From Terriglobia bacterium (GTDB lineage: Bacteria > Acidobacteriota > Terriglobia > 20CM-2-55-15), in the NCBI GenBank assembly GCA_965198225.1, contig CBDAOY010000008.1, positions 448,001 to 512,000 of the forward strand: 64,000 nucleotides of DNA, given 5' to 3'. Below the pieces are notes generated by a model that saw only the letters and a program-made list of their open reading frames with translations, made no database searches and had not been told where the DNA came from. Made by a program: the position numbers and the translations under genes. The stretch's first letter is position 1. Every line of letters begins with the position of its first letter. Shown one piece after another: positions 56,905 to 64,000 of this stretch.

Positions 56905-58581
56905 ATGCGGAGAGGAGTATTCGGCGGCCTTTCGATGGGCCTCATTCTGGTTTCCGTGACGGGCCTGCTCCTCGCGCAGGCTTCCGACACTCCGGTAGCG
57001 GACCGGGCGATGGAGGGCGACCGAGAGGCGGTGCGTTCGCTCCTCAAGCTCGGCGCCGATGTGAATGCGGCTCAGGGCGATGGCCAGACTGCACTGCACT
57101 GGGCAGCTTTCAGGGATGACGTCGAAATGGCGCAGATGCTGATCTACGCCGGCGCGAACGTGGACGCGTCCGCCCGCATCAACGCTATGACGCCGCTGTT
57201 CATGGCTTCTCAGAACGGGAGCGTCGCGATGATCGAGACTCTCCTTCGTGGGGGGGCCGACGTGAACGGGGAGTTGACGACCGGCGCGACGGCGCTGATG
57301 TTGGCGGCTCGATCGGGCAGCGCGGATGCTGCGCATCTGCTTCTGCAGAACGGCGCGCAGGTCGACGCGGCGGAGACCGCCCGGGGGCAGACGGCATTGA
57401 TGGTCGCGGCGGCGAACAACCGTCCCGAGGTCGTTCGGCTCTTGCTGGAAAACGGCGCGGACGCGACCCTCACGACCAAAGTTACTAATCTGGCTGAACA
57501 GGAAGCGGCGCGGGAGCGCAGTCGGGGACGTGGAGGGCAGGCCGCGACCGCCGGCAGGCGGCGTGGTGGAATAGGGGGTCCAGGGGCGGAGGCTCAAGGC
57601 CCGCCGATGTCGGCTTCGGGCATTCCAGTACGGAGTGGAAATCAGGGCAGCGTCGGACGACAGCGGCCGGTCCAGCAGCGCGCTCGGGGCCCCAGGCCCA
57701 GACGCGTGGACACCACGGGGGGCCTGACCGCCCTGCTATTCGCGGCTCGAGAGGGGCACCTGGAAGCGGCGCGCGCATTGCTGGCCGGCGGAGCAGAGGT
57801 CAATGCCGTCAACCCCGGCGATAAGACCAGTCCGTTGCTCATAGCGATCATCAACGGTCACTTCGACCTGGGTCGGTCCCTGCTCCTTGAGGGAGCTGAT
57901 CCGACGCTCGCCAGCTCGCAGGGAGCGACGCCTCTTTACGCGACGGTCAACGTGAAGTGGGCGCCCCTGGCAGATTACCCGCAACCCGATACGACGCAGC
58001 AGAAGGTGACCTACCTGGACCTCATGCAGGAGCTGCTGGACCATGGCGCCGATCCCAACGTCCGACTGAGGAAGGAGCTCTGGTACACCTCCTACAATTT
58101 CGACCTGTCGCGAGTCGACGCCGGAGGGGCGACCCCGTTCTGGAGGGCAGCCCAGGTGAGTGATGTGGCGGCGATGCGACTTCTGGAAGCCGTGGGCGCC
58201 GACTCGTTCATCGGGACCAACGAGTCGGTGACGCCGCTCCACGTGGCCACGGGAGGGGGCGTCCACGGCAACGACGAGATCTTTGCTCCCGGTGGGTGGA
58301 TGCCTGCCGTCCGCTACCTCGTTGAAGAGCTTGGCGCTGACGTAAATGCGGTCGACGATGATGGCTACACGCCGCTTCACAACGCGGCGTCGATCGGGCA
58401 AAACGCGATGGTCCAGTACCTGTTCGACAGGGGTGCGGACGTGAAGGCCGTCAGCAACGACGGAGAGACGGTGGCGGACATGGCGAACGGGCCCCGGCAG
58501 CGAATCCAGCCTTTCCCGGAAACCATTGCGCTCCTGTTGAAGCTGGGTTCGCCGTTCAGCGATAACTGCGTGTCATGCTAG
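56905..58581 (+). CDS. Exported ankyrin-repeat protein ending in CVSC, copy 3
   Basis: SD AGGAG before ATG 56905; signal peptide; ankyrin repeats. Confidence 0.88.
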   Translation: MRRGVFGGLSMGLILVSVTGLLLAQASDTPVADRAMEGDREAVRSLLKLGADVNAAQGDGQTALHWAAFRDDVEMAQMLIYAGANVDASARINAMTPLFMASQNGSVAMIETLLRGGADVNGELTTGATALMLAARSGSADAAHLLLQNGAQVDAAETARGQTALMVAAANNRPEVVRLLLENGADATLTTKVTNLAEQEAARERSRGRGGQAATAGRRRGGIGGPGAEAQGPPMSASGIPVRSGNQGSVGRQRPVQQRARGPRPRRVDTTGGLTALLFAAREGHLEAARALLAGGAEVNAVNPGDKTSPLLIAIINGHFDLGRSLLLEGADPTLASSQGATPLYATVNVKWAPLADYPQPDTTQQKVTYLDLMQELLDHGADPNVRLRKELWYTSYNFDLSRVDAGGATPFWRAAQVSDVAAMRLLEAVGADSFIGTNESVTPLHVATGGGVHGNDEIFAPGGWMPAVRYLVEELGADVNAVDDDGYTPLHNAASIGQNAMVQYLFDRGADVKAVSNDGETVADMANGPRQRIQPFPETIALLLKLGSPFSDNCVSC

Positions 58582-58634
58582 CCTGGATTTCTCACAAGAA
58601 ATCCAGGTTACCGCGTTTCCCGCGAGAACATTGT

Positions 58635-58813
58635 GTAGGTGCCCTCTATGAGCGGAACCATCTGTTAGCGTCGGGCCCACCGTCCCCTCACGACGAAAGA
58701 CTGAGCGTTTGCGGACCGAACTGCAGTGCGCGGGTTCGTGGAGAAAGACAGTTGGTCCGGTCCCCCCACGCCCTCCTTGACCCGAAGAGTGTGCGGTCAT
58801 AGACCGCACCTAC
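58635..58813. repeat. GTAG-type REP doublet, copy 4 (long spacer)
   Basis: gtaggtgccctctatgagcg (from 58635) ... gtgcggtcatagaccgcacctac (58791-58813). Confidence 0.8.
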
Positions 58814-58877
58814 AAGTTCTTGATAACTCTCGCGTTCTAGGGGGGATGCTTGTGAGAAACGCGGGTTAGCAGCCCGC

Positions 58878-60335
58878 CTATTGAAGCAGTGAGAGTGTGC
58901 TTGCCGCCGACTCGGTCGCCCATTCCAGTACCCGGTTGGGAAGGATCCCCAGGTACAGAGTCAAGACGGCCGTGACGATGAGGGCGGCGCCCAAACCCGG
59001 CGCGACATCGACTCCCTCGAAGGGTTCCTTCGGCTCCCGCATATACATCTGCACGACCACATACAGGTAGTAATAAAAGGACACGACGGTCGTCAGGACG
59101 CCGATGATCGTCAGGCCGATGAGGCCGGACTCCACGGCCGACCGAAAGATGAAGAACTTGCCGGCGAACCCCGCCGTCCCCGGAATACCGGCCAGAGAAA
59201 GCAGGAACAGAGAAAGTAGTGCGGCCAGGCCAGGTCGTCGCGATGCCAGCCCCGCATAATCGTCCAACCGAACCAGGCGATCTTCCTTGCGGCCCAGGAG
59301 GGTCACGATCGCGAAAGCCCCCAGGTTCATCACGCTGTACGCCAGCATGTAAAACAGGGCAGCGGTCACACCCGTACCGCTCCCGGCCGCCAGGGCCACG
59401 GCGATGTAGCCGGCGTGTGCGATAGACGAATAGGCCAGCATCCTTTTTATATTGACCTGCACCACGGCAACGACGTTCCCGATGACCATGGTCAGCGCGG
59501 CTGCCACACCGATGACCAGGACCCAGCGGTCCTGGATTGCGGGGAAGGCCGTCAGAAAAATTCGCAACATCACGGCAAACCCAGCGGCTTTCGGCCCGAC
59601 CGACATGAAGCCTGTGACCGGAGTCGGGGCCCCTTCATAGACGTCGGGAGTCCAGACGTGAAACGGCGCCAGCGCCACCTTGAAGCCCAACGCAATCAAC
59701 ATCATTGCGGCCGACAGGTACACCAGTCCCATCTGAGCCGTACCCGCACGGATGGCCGAGGCGATCTCGGCCAGGTTCGTGCTCCCTGTCGCCCCGAATA
59801 CCAGGGCCACACCGTAGAGGAAGAAAGCGGAGGCGAAGGATCCGAGCAGGAAGTACTTGAGAGCGGACTCGTTGCATTTCAGGTCGCCGCGGCGGTATCC
59901 CGCCAGCACGTAGGTTGCGATCGAGAGGATCTCCAGCCCGATGAAGATCATCATGAGCTCGCCCGCGCCCGTCATCAGGAGCATGCCCGTGGTCGCAAAC
60001 AGGACGAGCGCGAGGAACTCCGAAGGCGGCACCTGTTCCCTATGCAGGAAATCCAGCGAGGCCAGAGTCGTGAGTGCAGCAATCAAGAGGAGGGTGACGT
60101 GGAAGAATATCGTGAAATCGTCCACGAGCCAGATGTCGGCGTACCACAACCCGCGATTGGAAGACATCGGCGCCAACGAGAGAAGCGCCAGCAGGATTCC
60201 CGTGAACGCGAGCCATCCCAGCCCGTGTTTCTTTTCCGTCCCGAGGAAGGGGTCGGCCACCATAATGGCGATGCCGAAAAGGGAGAGCACGATCGCAGGC
60301 AGGATCGACGCGAAGTTGATCACCGGCAGGTTCAT
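58878..60335 (-). CDS. nuoN: NADH-quinone oxidoreductase subunit N, second copy
   Basis: ESALKYF, FK...PFHVWTPDVYEGAPT, KRMLAYSSI. Confidence 0.94.
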   Translation of the reverse strand: MNLPVINFASILPAIVLSLFGIAIMVADPFLGTEKKHGLGWLAFTGILLALLSLAPMSSNRGLWYADIWLVDDFTIFFHVTLLLIAALTTLASLDFLHREQVPPSEFLALVLFATTGMLLMTGAGELMMIFIGLEILSIATYVLAGYRRGDLKCNESALKYFLLGSFASAFFLYGVALVFGATGSTNLAEIASAIRAGTAQMGLVYLSAAMMLIALGFKVALAPFHVWTPDVYEGAPTPVTGFMSVGPKAAGFAVMLRIFLTAFPAIQDRWVLVIGVAAALTMVIGNVVAVVQVNIKRMLAYSSIAHAGYIAVALAAGSGTGVTAALFYMLAYSVMNLGAFAIVTLLGRKEDRLVRLDDYAGLASRRPGLAALLSLFLLSLAGIPGTAGFAGKFFIFRSAVESGLIGLTIIGVLTTVVSFYYYLYVVVQMYMREPKEPFEGVDVAPGLGAALIVTAVLTLYLGILPNRVLEWATESAASTLSLLQ

Positions 60336-61978
60336 CTGTCGTCTCCTCCGCCAACCGCGGAGACAGCGCGCGCCGCAGACCGCTCACCGAGGCGGGGAGT
60401 CGGAATGTCGAGCGAGAACTCTCCGATCGTCCATGTCGCGAGTTCGATGTCGAAAGCGAACTCCACCTGACGGTCCTGAACCTGTTCCATCAGTTTTTCG
60501 ATCGAAGCGTCCATAGGTCGGAGGAAGGTGTTGGAGTAGATACCCATCCAGACGATCATCGCGGCCAACGGTAGCAGCATCGCCAGCTCTCGGCGGTTCA
60601 CGTCCTGCAGTTTGTCGTTCTCGGGATCGGTGATCTGTCCAAATATCGTTCGCTGGTACATCCAGAGCATGTAGACGGCGGACAGAATCACGCCAAGCGC
60701 GGCAAACGCCGCGTACGCGCGGTTCACCGCGAACGTTCCAAGCAGGATGAGAAATTCCCCGACGAAGCCGTTCAGACCCGGTAGACCGATCGAGGAGAGC
60801 GCGACGAGCAGAAACAGGCCGGAGTAGACCGGCATCCGATGGGCGACGCCGCCGTAATCGGCAATCAGACGCGTGTGGCGGCGCTCATACAGAATGCCCA
60901 CGAGCATGAAGAGCGCTCCGGTGGATACGCCGTGGCTCAACATCTGGTAGACGGCGCCCTCCAGTCCCACCGTCGTAAAGCCGAATATTCCGAGCACGAC
61001 GAACCCGAGATGGCTCACCGAAGAATAGGCGACGAGTTTCTTGATGTCGGGCTGGACCATCGCCACCAGGGCCCCGTAGATGATGCCGACGATCGCCAGG
61101 ACCGATATCAGGGGTGCCAGCAGATGGCTCACGTTCGGGAAGAGCGGCAGGCTGAAGCGCACCAGGCCGTAGGTGCCCATCTTCAGCAAGACACCCGCGA
61201 GCAGGATGGATCCCGCTGTGGGAGCCTCGACGTGTGCGTCGGGCAGCCATGTATGGAGCGGGAACAGCGGCACCTTGATCGCAAAAGCCACGAAGAAGGC
61301 CAGGAAAAGCCAGAATTCCTGTTCGGGTGTCAACACCATCCGGCCGGCAGAGATCGCGTTTGCGATGTCAGGATACGCAAAGCTATAAAGACCTGTCTGC
61401 TGCCCGTGCAGGAAGTACAGTGCGAGAATTGCGACAAGCATCAGGACAGACCCGGCCATGGTGTAAAGAATGAACTTCGTCGCGGCGTAGACGCGCCGTT
61501 CGCCGCCCCACACGCCGATCAGGAAGTACATCGGTACGAGCATCACTTCCCAGAACACGTAGAACAGGAAGAGATCCGTCGCCGCGAAGACGCCGACCAT
61601 CCCGGTCTCGAGAAGCAGCATGAAGATGAAGTACTCCTTGACCCGGTCGGTGATCGACCACGATGCCAGCAGACCCAGCGGGGTCAGGAAGGTTGCCAGC
61701 AGGATCAGGAACAGGCTGATGCCGTCGATCCCCATGCTGTAGCTGATCCCGAACGCCGGAACCCAGGGCACGTCGGTGACGAACTGGAAGTCGGCTGTGG
61801 CATTGTCGAAATGCTGGAACAGATGGAGCGAGAAGAGGAACGTCAGCACGGCCACGGCCAGGGCGAACCGCCGGATCATCGCCTGACGGTCGCGACCGAT
61901 GAAAATCAGCACTAGCGCGCCCACCGTGGGCGTGAAGGTGACGATCGTCAGAATTCTCGAATCCAGCAGTTCCTGCAT
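60332..61978 (-). CDS. nuoM: NADH-quinone oxidoreductase subunit M, second copy
   Basis: FYVFWE, HTWLPDAHVEAPT, AYSSVSHLG. Confidence 0.94.
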   Translation of the reverse strand: MQELLDSRILTIVTFTPTVGALVLIFIGRDRQAMIRRFALAVAVLTFLFSLHLFQHFDNATADFQFVTDVPWVPAFGISYSMGIDGISLFLILLATFLTPLGLLASWSITDRVKEYFIFMLLLETGMVGVFAATDLFLFYVFWEVMLVPMYFLIGVWGGERRVYAATKFILYTMAGSVLMLVAILALYFLHGQQTGLYSFAYPDIANAISAGRMVLTPEQEFWLFLAFFVAFAIKVPLFPLHTWLPDAHVEAPTAGSILLAGVLLKMGTYGLVRFSLPLFPNVSHLLAPLISVLAIVGIIYGALVAMVQPDIKKLVAYSSVSHLGFVVLGIFGFTTVGLEGAVYQMLSHGVSTGALFMLVGILYERRHTRLIADYGGVAHRMPVYSGLFLLVALSSIGLPGLNGFVGEFLILLGTFAVNRAYAAFAALGVILSAVYMLWMYQRTIFGQITDPENDKLQDVNRRELAMLLPLAAMIVWMGIYSNTFLRPMDASIEKLMEQVQDRQVEFAFDIELATWTIGEFSLDIPTPRLGERSAARAVSAVGGGDDR

Positions 61979-61999
61979 AGTCTTTCCGGGCCCGCCCCC

Positions 62000-63940
62000 C
62001 TATCCCAGGAACCAGGCAACAACCAGCACGCCCCCTGCGAGAATCCATCCCGCGTAGATCCGGACGTGTCCGGTCTGCATATGCCGAAGCCCCCCCGCCA
62101 AACTCCGGACCGCGTGTCCGGCTCCGTCAACGCCGCCGTCGATGAGTTTTCCGTCGATTATCTTCCAGAGATAGTTCTTCGCCATTCCCACCACTGGCCA
62201 GACCACGGCTACATCGTAGATCTCGTCGACGTAGTACTTCCGCATCAGGATGCGGTAGAGGGCCGGCACGCTGCCGGCGAGCCGACCTGGCCACTCGGGC
62301 CGTGCCACGTAGAACAGGTAGGCGAGAAACACGCCGAGCAGGCCTACTCCTACCGAAGCGGCCATCACGAGGGCCTCAGTCGCATGTTCCGCATCGCCCG
62401 TCTCTTCGAGACCGCTCCCGAAGACCGGTTCCAGGTAATGCTCGATCTGGTTGTCGCCGCCAAGCAGCGCCGGGACTCCCACGTAGCCCGCCGAAACCGA
62501 CAGGGCAGCCAGGATGATCAAGGGGATGAGCATGCTTGGGGGCGACTCGTGGACATGATGGACTTCGTCGTCGGTGTAGCGCGGCGTCCCATAGAATGCG
62601 AGGATAACGAGCCGAAAGGTGTAAAAAGCGGTGAAACCGGCTGCAACTACACCGGCCATCCAGAGCATAGGACCGTAGTGGTCGTTGTTCCACGCTCCCC
62701 ACAGGATTGCGTCCTTGCTGAAGAATCCTGCCAGGCCCGGGATTCCTGTGATCGCGAGGCTTCCGATCAGGAACGTCCGGAATGTCCACGGCATGCGGTG
62801 CCGGAGTCCGCCCATTTTTCGAAGATCCTGAAGACCGCCCAAGCCGTGTATCACGCTGCCGGCTCCGAGGAATAACAGCGCCTTGAAGAAAGCGTGCGTC
62901 ATCAAGTGGAAGATACCTGCGGCATAAGCGCCGACGCCGCAGGCCATGAACATGTAGCCGAGCTGACTAACCGTGGAGTATGCCAGCACCCTTTTGATGT
63001 CGGTCTGAACCAGACCGATGGATGCCGCAAACAAAGCCGTGAGAGCCCCGATCGCGGCCACGATTATCATGGCCGTCGGCGCGTGATCGTAAAGGGCGGC
63101 CGAGCGGGCCACCATGTAAACGCCTGCGGTCACCATAGTTGCGGCATGGATCAAAGCGCTGACCGGAGTCGGGCCCTCCATCGCGTCGGGCAGCCAGACA
63201 TAGAGCGGAACTTGAGCCGATTTGCCGGCCGCGCCGACAAGCAGCAGGAGGCAGATCGCGGTGATCACTCCGAAAGTTCCGAAAGGCTCGACTGGGAAGA
63301 GCGCGGCGTTTCCGGCCCTGGCGAAGACCGTCTGGAAGTTGACGCTCTCGAAGGTCCAGTAGATCAGCAACACAGCCAGCAGAAACCCGAAGTCCCCGAT
63401 CCGGTTGACCACGAACGCCTTCTTGCCGGCATCGGTCGCTGAACGCTTGGAAAACCAGAAGCCGATCAAGAGATAGGAGCACAACCCGACGCCTTCCCAG
63501 CCGACGAACATCAGCACGTAGTTGTCGGCCAGCACGAGCGTCAGCATCGAGAACATGAACAGGTTCAGGTAGGCGAAGTACCGGTAGAAACCTTCTTCGT
63601 GCTCCATGTACCCGGCGGAGTAGATGTGGATCAGCAGCCCGACCCCGGTAACGATGAGGATCATCAATCCGGAGAGTTGGTCCAGCAGGAACCCGGCACG
63701 GGCCTCAAAAGAACCCGCCTGAATCCAAGTGAAGTAATCCCTCACGATCGGCAGGTCGGTCTCGGGCATTCCGGTCATCTGGACGAACGCGCCCAGTGAG
63801 ATGGCGAAAGAGATCGCCACGCTCCCGCACCCGAAGGTGGCCACAGTCCCCCGGGAGGCGCCCTTACCGGAAAGCCCGTTGATAAGCGCTCCGGCGAGCG
63901 GCAGGACCGGTATCAACCAGATTAAGTCCGTAAAATCCAT
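62000..63940 (-). CDS. nuoL: NADH-quinone oxidoreductase subunit L, second copy
   Basis: WLPDAMEGPTPVSALIHAATMV, THAFFKALLFL. Confidence 0.94.
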   Translation of the reverse strand: MDFTDLIWLIPVLPLAGALINGLSGKGASRGTVATFGCGSVAISFAISLGAFVQMTGMPETDLPIVRDYFTWIQAGSFEARAGFLLDQLSGLMILIVTGVGLLIHIYSAGYMEHEEGFYRYFAYLNLFMFSMLTLVLADNYVLMFVGWEGVGLCSYLLIGFWFSKRSATDAGKKAFVVNRIGDFGFLLAVLLIYWTFESVNFQTVFARAGNAALFPVEPFGTFGVITAICLLLLVGAAGKSAQVPLYVWLPDAMEGPTPVSALIHAATMVTAGVYMVARSAALYDHAPTAMIIVAAIGALTALFAASIGLVQTDIKRVLAYSTVSQLGYMFMACGVGAYAAGIFHLMTHAFFKALLFLGAGSVIHGLGGLQDLRKMGGLRHRMPWTFRTFLIGSLAITGIPGLAGFFSKDAILWGAWNNDHYGPMLWMAGVVAAGFTAFYTFRLVILAFYGTPRYTDDEVHHVHESPPSMLIPLIILAALSVSAGYVGVPALLGGDNQIEHYLEPVFGSGLEETGDAEHATEALVMAASVGVGLLGVFLAYLFYVARPEWPGRLAGSVPALYRILMRKYYVDEIYDVAVVWPVVGMAKNYLWKIIDGKLIDGGVDGAGHAVRSLAGGLRHMQTGHVRIYAGWILAGGVLVVAWFLG

Positions 63941-63978
63941 GTTCCAGTGTTCAGCTACAGAGCCCCAACGACCAGAGA

Positions 63979-64000
63979 AGTGACGAGTGACAAGTGACAG
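63979..64000. repeat. Heptamer array arm (AGTGACR)n at the window edge, upstream of the second nuoL
   Basis: agtgacg-agtgaca-agtgaca; the same unit occurs at 2748-2761. Confidence 0.6.

Noticed and set aside
42629-58581. Assembly artefact or diversity-generating retroelement as the cause of the triplication
   Set aside because: Copies differ throughout with indels and synonymous changes; no reverse transcriptase or adenine-specific TR/VR pair is visible.
58878-63940. Mrp antiporter or hydrogenase membrane arm instead of a second Nuo
   Set aside because: The L-M-N order and the NuoL-type MEGPTPVSALIHAATMV motif fit complex I, and both sets are collinear paralogues.

Overview
GC-rich bacterial chromosomal window with no phage, CRISPR, rRNA or tRNA that I can support. 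Gene content suggests Acidobacteriota, but this is an inference. In order: 3' part of nadE, an Smr nuclease, lexA with a perfect CGAAC-N4-GTTCG operator next to its start codon, an Hfq-like gene, HAD/YkgJ/CPBP genes, a ~14 kb uncharacterised MoxR-vWA envelope operon, glyA, Moco genes (moeA, moaC, mogA), an 11-subunit complex I operon (nuoABCDHIJKLMN, no EFG) with an NDUFAF7/MidA methyltransferase between nuoB and nuoC, an intact IS4 element, pncB-pncA, the Fo part of a split ATP synthase operon, a ~16 kb triplicated cassette (diheme DUF1592 cytochrome c, Tat-exported DUF1552 HxxSHH protein, exported ankyrin protein ending in CVSC), and a second convergent nuoLMN. Intergenic DNA is rich in small repeats: inverted-arm heptamer arrays (one hit by the IS4, whose own end matches the heptamer) and GTAG-type REP doublets. 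The best candidates for an undescribed system are the triplicated cytochrome/metalloprotein/ankyrin cassette and the heptamer-array/IS4 relationship. All family assignments come from motif recognition, not database searches.
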